In this document: one piece after another, positions 8,881-16,896 of the stretch
Layout: the number at the start of each line of letters is the position of its first letter
Position numbering within the stretch: the first letter of the stretch is position 1
Assembly (NCBI RefSeq): GCF_001457595.1
Contig: NZ_LN831039.1
Span: 1,770,001-1,802,000, forward strand
DNA length: 32,000 nucleotides
From: Mycolicibacterium smegmatis
GTDB lineage: Bacteria; Actinomycetota; Actinomycetes; Mycobacteriales; Mycobacteriaceae
Direction of reading: 5' to 3'
Position numbers and translations under genes: made by a program
Notes under the pieces: generated by a model
What the model was told of the DNA's origin: nothing
The model's input: only the letters and a program-made list of their open reading frames with translations
Database searches by the model: none

Positions 8881-10529
8881 GGGTTTGCCTTCTGTAGCAC
8901 GAGAAGGTTTTTCACCAGGTTCTCGGTGTCGGGGGTGCCGAGTCCGGTCACCAGGTCGTAGCCGGGCCCCGCGGTGGCGACGGCGTTGCCGCCGAGCGTG
9001 ACGTCGCGGAACGCGGGAAGGGGTGCGCCGCGGGCGATCTGGTAGAGCATGGGGTTGAGATCGCCGATGGCCCGGCCGCCGTTGGCGACGAGGTACTGGT
9101 TCATGACCGCGGCGATGCCTGCCCACAGCGGGGCGGCCTGGGATGTGCCGCCGCCCACCAGGACCTGGTTGTTCAGAACGATTTTCACGCCCGTGAACGG
9201 ATCGGCCACCGCGGCGATGTCGGGGGTCAGCCTGCGCTGCGCGCCACCGTCGTCCGGGGCGGAGAACCCCTGCTGCCAGTCGGGGCGGTCGAACAGTGCC
9301 GAGACGCCGCCGCCGGTGCCCTGTGACAGGGGGACGTCGAACCAGGCCTGCTCGGCGAGCCAGGCGCCGTCGGCCGTGGTGGACAGTGTGGTGCCGCCGA
9401 CGTCGGTGATCTCCGGAAGCGACGCGACCGAGTCCAGGCCGATGTCGTCGTCGCCGGGTGCGGACGACCAGTCCTGTCCGCCTTTGCATTCCAGGCCCGC
9501 GAGATCGCCGCTGGCGTTGAAGGCCGTGGTGCCGCGGGTGTGCGCGGCGGCCAGCGCCGAGCGGACGGGTGCGAGATCGGCCGCGGTGATCAGCTTGTCG
9601 CAGCCCCAGCCGATCGAAAAGCTCCACACCGCACCGGGAAACTGCCGGTCGGCGTCTTCGAGCATCTGCCCGATCTTCTCGTAGGCACCGTCGCCCTGGA
9701 CCGTGGGACGCGCGTTGACCACGACCTTCCGCGCGTCGGGGGCGATGGCGTGGGCCACCTGCAGATCCATGGTGGTCTCGCCGCGCGGTGTGCTGGGTTG
9801 CCCACCGACGAGGATCGGGGTGAACCTGGGCAGGTCGAAGGTGTCGGCGTACGTGTCGAGATCGGCTTGATCGAATCCGTCGAACGCGAAGATGACGATC
9901 GTCTGGCCCTTGCCGGTGTACCCCTGTTCGGCCAGGCCGCGCAGGTTGTAGGTGTTGAGCAGCAACTGCGGCGTGAGCCCGCGGTCGGGCACCTCGGCGG
10001 GCAGGTGCTGCAGGTCAGGGGTGTTCATCCGGTACGGGGTGTAGCCGAGGATGCGGCCGACCTCGGTGACCTCTGAGCGCACCGGTTCCGGGATCGACGG
10101 CTGTTGCGGAGAGGCGTAGAACTCCTGACCGCGTCGGCCGCGGTAGTCGTGGATGTCCACCTCGAAGGCGGCCGCCATGTCGGCGGGCGGGCCCTCGACG
10201 ATCGCCCATGTGTCACCGTGGCGCCACCGCACCGAGAGTCCGCGTTCGCGCGCCCACGACGTGAGGGCCTCGGGGGACCCGTCGAGGGTGACGGTGAGCT
10301 GAACGGGCCCGCCGTCGGCTGGGCCCAGATCGGTTGAGGCCGCGAGCAGATGAGCGTACGGGCCTGCGATCTCGGCCGGTCCGTGCCCATCCGGCCCCGA
10401 GGTGATCCGGAAAACGGAGATCAGCAGTGCGCCGATCATGATCAGCGCGAGTGACCAATGCGTATGCCAATGCCTGAAGCCGCCGGGGTTACGGATGGAT
10501 ACGCCGACGTGACGTGTTGTACCAGCCAT
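8877..10529 (-). CDS. S53 family peptidase (sedolisin/kumamolisin-like), N-terminally membrane-anchored
   Basis: 550 aa; N-terminal TM (WSLALIMIGALLISVF), pro-kumamolisin-like prodomain ending VTEVGRILGYTPYR, ExxxD motif in GETTMDLQVAHAIAPDA, ASGDLAG, and catalytic-Ser motif GGTSQAAPLWAG. Confidence 0.92.
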   Translation of the reverse strand: MAGTTRHVGVSIRNPGGFRHWHTHWSLALIMIGALLISVFRITSGPDGHGPAEIAGPYAHLLAASTDLGPADGGPVQLTVTLDGSPEALTSWARERGLSVRWRHGDTWAIVEGPPADMAAAFEVDIHDYRGRRGQEFYASPQQPSIPEPVRSEVTEVGRILGYTPYRMNTPDLQHLPAEVPDRGLTPQLLLNTYNLRGLAEQGYTGKGQTIVIFAFDGFDQADLDTYADTFDLPRFTPILVGGQPSTPRGETTMDLQVAHAIAPDARKVVVNARPTVQGDGAYEKIGQMLEDADRQFPGAVWSFSIGWGCDKLITAADLAPVRSALAAAHTRGTTAFNASGDLAGLECKGGQDWSSAPGDDDIGLDSVASLPEITDVGGTTLSTTADGAWLAEQAWFDVPLSQGTGGGVSALFDRPDWQQGFSAPDDGGAQRRLTPDIAAVADPFTGVKIVLNNQVLVGGGTSQAAPLWAGIAAVMNQYLVANGGRAIGDLNPMLYQIARGAPLPAFRDVTLGGNAVATAGPGYDLVTGLGTPDTENLVKNLLVLQKANP

Positions 10530-10566
10530 TACCGCAGCGGCTTCAGGTCAGAGGTTTCGAGCGTGA

Positions 10567-10857
10567 CTATCCGGTGTTCTCGCGGTTGCCCGGGATGGCC
10601 GTCTGCGGGCCGGGCGCCTTCACCGAGGGCGTGAACAGGTTGCCGCCGGTGGGGTTGATCGACTTCTCGGTGGGCTCGACCGGTGGCGGCGGCGCCGGGG
10701 TCTCGGCCGGCGACGTGGTGGTCGTCGTCGTGGTGGTGGTCGTCGTGGTGGTCTCGGGAGCCTCTTCTTCGGAACCGCACGCCGCGGTGAAGGAGATCAT
10801 CCCGATAACTGCCGCACCGCCTGCGATGACGGTGAGCCGACGGGTCAACTGTTTCAT
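10567..10857 (-). CDS. Small lipoprotein with poly-Thr then Pro-rich linker
   Basis: 96 aa: MKQLTRRLTVIAGGAAVIGMISFTAACGSEEEAPE(T)n SPAETPAPPPPVEP; lipobox FTAAC; GTGAGGA RBS-like upstream. Confidence 0.75.
   Translation of the reverse strand: MKQLTRRLTVIAGGAAVIGMISFTAACGSEEEAPETTTTTTTTTTTTTSPAETPAPPPPVEPTEKSINPTGGNLFTPSVKAPGPQTAIPGNRENTG
10714..10752 (-). repeat. Trinucleotide tract (ACC/ACG)13 encoding poly-threonine
   Basis: Plus-strand cgt ggt ggt cgt cgt cgt ggt ggt ggt cgt cgt ggt ggt. Confidence 0.85.
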
Positions 10858-11213
10858 GGTCTGGGTGTCCTCACTGTCCCCCGGTGGTCAAGATTCGGCC
10901 TTCGGTGAATCCGTCTGTGAAGCGCGGTGGATCCCCACTCTTTGCAACGCAAATCGTGGCCCAGCCCCATCCCGAAGCGGGTTTCTGGTGTCCTGACTTT
11001 AACGTACTGGGGAAACAGGCGCAGGGGCATTGTTGCGGGCTCTGTTCCCGTTCACGGCAGGTGTTCCGACATGACCCTGCGAGGGGCCTCTCAGGGGCCC
11101 GCGGATGGTCACCGAAACGGCCCGCTGAAAGAGCGTTCGGGTATTGGCCAGGTGGTGGCCGCAGCGTCATCGGCAGCTTGACGGTGTCGGTGGGCCGGTG
11201 TTTACTCGAGCAA

Positions 11214-11229
11214 TCGAACATACATTCGA
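11214..11229. promoter_or_regulatory. LexA (SOS) box upstream of imuA'
   Basis: TCGAACATACATTCGA: 11 of 12 fixed positions of the mycobacterial SOS box TCGAAC-N4-GTTCGA. Confidence 0.85.
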
Positions 11230-11265
11230 ACATGATCGGATTCTGATGGTGCGGGAGGTGCTGGT

Positions 11266-11985
11266 GTGACAGCTGCGGCTGACCTTGATGTGCGCCGCCT
11301 GACCCGCGCTGAGCAGGTAGAACACCTGCGCCGCAAGATGGCCTCGGTATCGGCCAAGGTATCGGCCAAGGTGGGCTCGGCGCACCGCGGGGTGTCCGGG
11401 TCCGATGATCTCATTTCTCCCGCAGGGGATTTGCTGGCCGGACCGGAATCGCAGGACGGGACCGCGCCGGAGCAGTTGCCCAGGACGTTGCCGCGCGGCA
11501 CGGTCGCGGTCGCGAGAGGCGCCAGGTCGTTGACGCTGGGCATGGTCGCGGCGGTGACGGCCGCCGGTGGTCACGCCGTCATCGTCGGCCAGCCCGATGC
11601 CGGGCTGCTGGCAGCGGTGGAGATGGGCGCCGACCTGAGCCGTCTCGCGGTCATCCCGGATCCGGGTGCGGACCCTGTCGAGGTGGCCTCGGTGCTCATG
11701 GACGGCATGGACCTGGTGGTGCTCGGGCTGGGCGGGCGCTCGGTTCCGCCGAGTCGCACGCGGGTGATGACGGCGCGGGCCCGGCAGAAAGGTTGCACCC
11801 TGCTGGTGACCGACGGGGACTGGCAGGGGCCATCGGCCCGGCTGGAGGCCAGGGTCTGTGGTTACGAGGTGACCGGCGCGGGCCGCGGTGAGCCGACACC
11901 GGGCCGCGGCCGGATCGGGCGGATCCGGTTGACGATGCGCAGCAGGGGGCGGGCTCTCGGCCCGGTACGTGCGGTGGGCGGTTAG
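11266..11985 (+). CDS. imuA': ImuA' (SOS mutasome accessory protein)
   Basis: 239 aa RecA-fold-like protein ([66 protein letters not shown]) immediately upstream of imuB, with a LexA box. Confidence 0.88.
   Translation: MTAAADLDVRRLTRAEQVEHLRRKMASVSAKVSAKVGSAHRGVSGSDDLISPAGDLLAGPESQDGTAPEQLPRTLPRGTVAVARGARSLTLGMVAAVTAAGGHAVIVGQPDAGLLAAVEMGADLSRLAVIPDPGADPVEVASVLMDGMDLVVLGLGGRSVPPSRTRVMTARARQKGCTLLVTDGDWQGPSARLEARVCGYEVTGAGRGEPTPGRGRIGRIRLTMRSRGRALGPVRAVGG
11347..11370 (+). repeat. Perfect 12-bp tandem duplication inside imuA' (GTATCGGCCAAG x2)
   Basis: GTATCGGCCAAGGTATCGGCCAAG encodes the repeated VSAKVSAKV. Confidence 0.9.
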
Positions 11986-11987
11986 AC

Positions 11988-13565
11988 ATGCCCGAGGGTT
12001 CCCGGGTGCTCGCCCTGTGGTGCATGGACTGGCCCGCGGTCGCCGCGGCCGGTGCGGCGGGACTGCCGCCGACGGCCCCGATCGCGGTCACGCTGGCCAA
12101 CCGGGTGATCGCGTGTTCGGCCGCGGCGCGCGCCGCCGGGGTGCGCCGCGGTCTGCGGCGGCGGGAAGCGCAGGCCCGCTGTCCGGATCTGCATGTGGTG
12201 ACGGCGGATCCGGCCAGGGACGCCAGGCATTTCGAGCGCGTGACCGCCGCGGTGGACGAACTCGTGCCGCGTGCCGAGGTGCTGCGGCCGGGGCTGTTGG
12301 TGCTGTCGGTGCGTGGCGCGGCCCGGTATTTCGGATCCGAAGACGCCGCGGCAGAACGCCTCGTCGACGCGGTGGCGGCCACCGGGGTGGAGTGTCAGGT
12401 CGGCATCGCCGATCAGCTGTCCACGGCGGTGTTCGCGGCCAGGGCCGGACGGATCATCGCGCCGGGGGAGGACGCGTCGTTCCTGTCGGACCTGTCGATC
12501 CGCCAGCTGGCCACCGAACCGGCACTGGCCGCACCGGACCGGGATGCCCTGGCCGATCTGTTGTGGCGCATGGGTATCCGCACTCTGGGGCAGTTCGCGG
12601 CGTTGTCGCGTACCGATGTGGCCTCGCGGTTCGGCGCCGATGCGGTGGTCGCCCACCGGTTCGCGCGCGGTGAGCCGGCCCGGGCGCCCTCGGGCCGGGA
12701 CCCGGCCGCCGAACTCGACGCGGTGCTGGATTGCGATCCACCGATCGAGCGGGTGGACGCCGCGGCCTTCGCGGGACGCTCACTCGCGGTCACCCTGCAC
12801 CGCAGCCTGGAGGCGGCCGGTGTCGGCTGTACCCGGCTGGCCATCCACGCGGTCACCGCCAACGGCGAACAACTGGAACGGGTCTGGCGATGCGCCGAAC
12901 CGCTGACCGAGGACGCCACCGCCGACCGGGTGCGCTGGCAGTTGGACGGCTGGCTGAACCGCCGCACCGACGACCGGCCCAGCGCGCCGATCACGGTGCT
13001 GCGACTGCGGCCGGTGGAGGTGGTCTCGTCGGCGGCGCTGCAGTTGCCGTTGTGGGGTGGTATCGGAGAAGAGGACCGGCTGCGGGCCAGGCGTGCCCTG
13101 GTGCGCGTGCAGGGGCTGCTCGGGCCGGAGGCCGTGCAGGTGCCGGTGCTCAGCGGCGGACGGGGCCCGGCGGAGCGCATCACGTTCACCGCGCTGGGGG
13201 ACGAGCCGGTGCCCCAGGCCGACCCGCGACAGCCGTGGCCCGGTCAGCTGCCCGAGCCGTCGCCCACCGTGCTGCTCGACGATCCGGTGGAACTGCTTGA
13301 CGCACAAGGCAACCCGGTCCGGGTGAACAGCCGGGGCCTGTTCTCGTCCGATCCGTCGCGGCTGTCGGGCGCCGGGAAACGCGACGGTGTCCTGCGCTGG
13401 TGGGCCGGGCCGTGGCCGGTCGACGAGCGGTGGTGGGATCCGCAGAACCGCGGCACGGGGCGTACGGCGCGCGCGCAGGTGCTGCTCGGTGACGGCGAGG
13501 ACGCGTTGGCGCTGCTGCTGTGTTACCGGCAGCGGCGGTGGTATCTGGAGGGTGCCTATGAGTGA
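11988..13565 (+). CDS. imuB: ImuB, Y-family polymerase-like mutasome hub
   Basis: 525 aa; divergent Y-family N-terminus (VLALWCMDWPAVAAA...), beta-clamp-binding motif QLPLWG, conserved C-terminus (SSDPSRLSGAGKRDGVLRWWAGPWPVDERWWD). 2 nt after imuA'. Confidence 0.95.
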   Translation: MPEGSRVLALWCMDWPAVAAAGAAGLPPTAPIAVTLANRVIACSAAARAAGVRRGLRRREAQARCPDLHVVTADPARDARHFERVTAAVDELVPRAEVLRPGLLVLSVRGAARYFGSEDAAAERLVDAVAATGVECQVGIADQLSTAVFAARAGRIIAPGEDASFLSDLSIRQLATEPALAAPDRDALADLLWRMGIRTLGQFAALSRTDVASRFGADAVVAHRFARGEPARAPSGRDPAAELDAVLDCDPPIERVDAAAFAGRSLAVTLHRSLEAAGVGCTRLAIHAVTANGEQLERVWRCAEPLTEDATADRVRWQLDGWLNRRTDDRPSAPITVLRLRPVEVVSSAALQLPLWGGIGEEDRLRARRALVRVQGLLGPEAVQVPVLSGGRGPAERITFTALGDEPVPQADPRQPWPGQLPEPSPTVLLDDPVELLDAQGNPVRVNSRGLFSSDPSRLSGAGKRDGVLRWWAGPWPVDERWWDPQNRGTGRTARAQVLLGDGEDALALLLCYRQRRWYLEGAYE

Positions 13566-14617
13566 GACGTGAGACGCTGCGCGAAAGCGCCGACGCGTGA
13601 GATGAACCGGTCGAAGAACACCGTCGGGTCCACCTCCATGCCGATCAGCGCATTGGGTCGCCGTCCCCAGTGCCCGCGCCAGTCGGCCACCGTCATCCCG
13701 CGGGTCAGGGTGCCGGTGAGTTCGACGTCGACGGTGGTCTGGCGGCACCGCACCAACTCGGGGTCCAATGCGACCGCGGCCGCCAGTGGATCGTGCAGGT
13801 GCGCGAGATAGCCGTCGCCGGTGTCGAAGTGGAACTCGAAGTAGAAGCGCATCGCATCTTCGAGCACGCGGATCAGCGGGTTGGCCGCCGTCGACCGGGT
13901 GCCGCGCTCATCGCGCACGCTCATCGCCGTCGACGGGGACCCGGCCGCTGTCGCCAACCGGTTCAGCAGCGCCGGGGTCATCGCGACGTTCTCGGTGAGG
14001 TTGAGACCGAGCACGATCGGGACGTGTGCCGGGGCGGCATCGTCGCCACGGCCGCCCCAGGCGGCGTCCCACCCGCCGAACACCTCGGCGGCCGACTCGG
14101 GGTCGACGCTGATGTTCCACTCGGCGACCGGTGTGGTGTTGCCCTTGTAGTCGAAGGCGCCGCCCATGATGACCAGTCGGCGCATCAGCCTGGGCAGTGC
14201 GGGCTCGGCGCGCATCGCCAGCGCCAGGTTGGTCAGCGGGCCGGTGGCCAGGCCGATCAGCTCACCGGGATGTGCGTGCGCGGCGCGGATCCAGGCCTCG
14301 GCCGCGTCGTGCGTGGTGAGCATGCGGTCGGTGGCCGGAAGCCGGGCGTAGCCCAGACCCTCGGGGCCGTGGGTGTCCTCGGCGGTGCGCAGCGGGGCCG
14401 CCAGTGGTTGCTCGGCGCCGCGCGACACGGGAATGTCGGGGGCTCCGCACAGCTCGAGCAGCCCCAGGTTGTTGATGCAGACCTGGTGCACCCCAATGTT
14501 TCCCGCGGTCGACGCGATGCCGACGACATCGGCGTCGGAGCTGGCCAGCAGGTAGGCCAGGGCCATTGCATCGTCGACACCGGTGTCGACATCGGCGAAC
14601 ACGGGCATCGGTGACAC
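13556..14617 (-). CDS. Inosine-uridine preferring nucleoside hydrolase
   Basis: 353 aa; Ca-binding motif DVDTGVDDAMAL, LATGPLTNLALAM, RRLVIMGGAFDYKGNTTPVAEWNISVDPESAAEVF. 3' end overlaps imuB 3' end by 10 nt. Confidence 0.93.
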   Translation of the reverse strand: MSPMPVFADVDTGVDDAMALAYLLASSDADVVGIASTAGNIGVHQVCINNLGLLELCGAPDIPVSRGAEQPLAAPLRTAEDTHGPEGLGYARLPATDRMLTTHDAAEAWIRAAHAHPGELIGLATGPLTNLALAMRAEPALPRLMRRLVIMGGAFDYKGNTTPVAEWNISVDPESAAEVFGGWDAAWGGRGDDAAPAHVPIVLGLNLTENVAMTPALLNRLATAAGSPSTAMSVRDERGTRSTAANPLIRVLEDAMRFYFEFHFDTGDGYLAHLHDPLAAAVALDPELVRCRQTTVDVELTGTLTRGMTVADWRGHWGRRPNALIGMEVDPTVFFDRFISRVGAFAQRLTSHS

Positions 14618-14624
14618 GCCGCCA

Positions 14625-14630
14625 ACGATA
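14625..14630 (-). promoter_or_regulatory. Candidate -10 TATCGT, 7 nt from nucleoside hydrolase GTG
   Basis: Reverse complement reads TATCGT-TGGCGGC-GTG (start 14617). Confidence 0.35.
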
Positions 14631-14661
14631 GGCCCCGGCGGACACCCCGCTCAAATGACGA

Positions 14662-16698
14662 CTACCAGTGCACCCCGGGCAACGTCCGCACGGCACGCTT
14701 GACCGGACGCCCGACAGCGCGCGGCACCCGCACGCCGCGACGGCTGCGCGCGGGCCGCTTGGGCCGTCGTTCCGGCAGCCCCGACCCCGCGGACGGCGCA
14801 GGCCGGGACTCGGCCGGTGCCAGTCCACGCGCGGCCGCCGAATCGGGGTAGCCCAGGTACAGCTGGTGCAGGAAGCGACGCGCCACCCGCGGCGTGAGGT
14901 AGTTGCCGAAGTCGGCGAAGGTGCCGAGCGGTGTGTCGATCCGCGGCGGCTTCTCCACCAGGGCCCGCACCACCATGGCCGCGGCATGCTCGGCGCTGAT
15001 CGGTGGCACCGGATTGAGTCTGCGCGACGGCGCGATCATCGGCGTCTTCACCAGCGGCATGTGGATGTTGGTGAAAGTGATGTGGTCGGACAGGGTTTCG
15101 GTGGACACCACATCGGAGAACGCGTCCAGCGCGGCCTTGCTGGGCAGGTACGCGCTGTACTTCGGCGTGTGTGCCTGCACCCCCGCACTCGACACGTTGA
15201 CCACATGGCCGAAGCGGCGCTCGCGCCAGTGCGGCAGCAGCGCCAGCACCATGCGGACCGCGCCGAAGTAGTTGACCGCCATGACGCGTTCGTAGTCGTG
15301 CAGCCGGTCGGTCGAGTTCGCCACCGACCGGCGGATCGAGCGTCCGGCGTTGTTCACCAGGTAGTCGACGTGGTCGAACCGGCCGAGGATGTCCTTCACG
15401 GTGTGTTCGACCGACGCCGAATCGGTGACGTCGCACGTGAACGCGTGCGCCTGCCCGCCATCGGCACGGATCTCGGCGATCAGTTCGTCGAGCGCCTCAC
15501 CGCTGCGGGCCAACGCGAACACCACCGCGCCACGGCGGGCAACTGCGATGGCCGACGCGCGGCCGATCCCGCTCGATGCACCCGTGATGATCACGTGTTT
15601 GCCGATCAGCGGGCCCGCGGGATCGTCACGCCGGGCACGGTCGGGGTCGAGGTGCTCGGCCCAGTACCTGAACAGTTGCGGCGCGTACGAGGCGAATTCG
15701 GGTACCGCGATCCCGGTGCCCCGCAGCGCGCTCTCGGTGTTGTCGGCCGTGAACGTCGGCCGCAGTTCGGCGACGTCGAACACCTCACCGGGGATGCCCA
15801 GTTGCGTCGCGACCATGTTGCGCACGACCCTGGCGCGGCCACGCACGTCGAGCACGGGCGCCGCGGTCGCGCGCGGCAGCTTTCCGCGCAGCGGCGGCAG
15901 ACCGGCGGCCCCGGCCACGCCGCGGTAGATGTCGACCAGCCCAACCGTATTCGGCGCGGTCAGGTGGAACGTCTGACCGTCGGCACCCTCGACGTGCATG
16001 AGGTGCACGAGCGCCCGGGCGACGAAGTCGACCGGAACGACGTTGGTACGGCCGGTGTCCGGCAGCACCATGGGCGTGAACCTCGGCAGCGCCGCGAGAC
16101 GCGCGAGAACCCCGAAGAAGTAGTACGGCCCGTCGATCTTGTCCATCTCGCCGGTGCGGGAATCGCCGACCACCACGGCGGGACGGTAGATGCGGTGGGG
16201 TACGTCGGTCGCGGCGCGCACCAGCATCTCGGCCTCGAACTTGGTCTGGTGATACGGCGTGGGCAGGTCCTGTGCGACGTCGAAGTCGTCCTCGGTGAAC
16301 ACGCCGCGGTGGTTGCCCGCGACCGCGATCGAGGACACGTGGTGCAACGTGGCTTCGAGCCGCCGCGCCAGAGCAATCACGGCCCTGGTGCCGTCGACGT
16401 TGGCGGCGCGCTGTGCGGCCTCGTCGACGGTGATGTCGTAGATCGCCGCGCAGTGCACCACGTGCGTGATGTCCCCGAGATCGGCGACATCGGTGTCGCT
16501 GAGCCCCAGAGCATCCGCGGCCAGGTCTCCTACCAGCGGTTTCGCGCGATCTCCCCAGTGGTGGGCGAGACGTTCGAAGCGGTTGAGCGATTCGCGGCGG
16601 ACCAGGATCCACACCTCGGCGGCGGCGTCGCGGGCGAGGATCTCCGACACCACCCGCCGGCCGATAAACCCGGTACCGCCGGTAACGACATAGCGCAT
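14662..16698 (-). CDS. acrA1: Two-domain SDR protein (N-terminal thioester-reductase/epimerase-like, C-terminal short-chain dehydrogenase), acyl-CoA reductase-like
   Basis: 678 aa from MRYVVTGGTGFIGRR (extended ORF start 16746; ATG 16707 also possible); second Rossmann domain VIITGASSGIGRASAIAVARRG...NNAGRSIRRS...YSAYLPSKAALDAF. Adjacent to nucleoside hydrolase and imuB as recalled for Mtb Rv3391-Rv3395c. Confidence 0.85.
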   Translation of the reverse strand: MRYVVTGGTGFIGRRVVSEILARDAAAEVWILVRRESLNRFERLAHHWGDRAKPLVGDLAADALGLSDTDVADLGDITHVVHCAAIYDITVDEAAQRAANVDGTRAVIALARRLEATLHHVSSIAVAGNHRGVFTEDDFDVAQDLPTPYHQTKFEAEMLVRAATDVPHRIYRPAVVVGDSRTGEMDKIDGPYYFFGVLARLAALPRFTPMVLPDTGRTNVVPVDFVARALVHLMHVEGADGQTFHLTAPNTVGLVDIYRGVAGAAGLPPLRGKLPRATAAPVLDVRGRARVVRNMVATQLGIPGEVFDVAELRPTFTADNTESALRGTGIAVPEFASYAPQLFRYWAEHLDPDRARRDDPAGPLIGKHVIITGASSGIGRASAIAVARRGAVVFALARSGEALDELIAEIRADGGQAHAFTCDVTDSASVEHTVKDILGRFDHVDYLVNNAGRSIRRSVANSTDRLHDYERVMAVNYFGAVRMVLALLPHWRERRFGHVVNVSSAGVQAHTPKYSAYLPSKAALDAFSDVVSTETLSDHITFTNIHMPLVKTPMIAPSRRLNPVPPISAEHAAAMVVRALVEKPPRIDTPLGTFADFGNYLTPRVARRFLHQLYLGYPDSAAARGLAPAESRPAPSAGSGLPERRPKRPARSRRGVRVPRAVGRPVKRAVRTLPGVHW

Positions 16699-16727
16699 GC
16701 GAGCCATCGTGGCCCGATATCGAGCAA

Positions 16728-16748
16728 ACGTCAACCAGGACGTCAACC
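16728..16748. repeat. Direct repeat ACGTCAACC x2, 12-bp period, in divergent intergenic region
   Basis: ACGTCAACC at 16728..16736 and 16740..16748. Confidence 0.6.
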
Positions 16749-16896
16749 GGGCAGGTGCACCGGCAGGCGACCGGCCTCGGAGCGCCGCTGACTCTTCGGC
16801 GCGATTTCACCGAAATCACCGCGACAGGTGCCCGCGGGTTGACAGGATCGATTCACTACGGTCGCGCGGACATCGTGCGGGATTGGTGGGTGACGG

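Noticed and set aside
11093-11110. GGGCC-tctcagg-GGCCC hairpin in the imuA' upstream region
   Set aside because: Five-bp GC arms are common at this base composition; insufficient to call a terminator or RNA element.
10884-11246. 120-aa ORFs on both strands upstream of imuA'
   Set aside because: No family resemblance or convincing RBS, and the LexA box lies inside. Treated as non-coding intergenic DNA.
14626-14632. Single CGATAGG half-site near the nucleoside hydrolase start
   Set aside because: Identical to one arm of the 3140..3173 palindromes, but a lone 7-mer is expected a few times by chance in 32 kb on two strands, and there is no partner arm.
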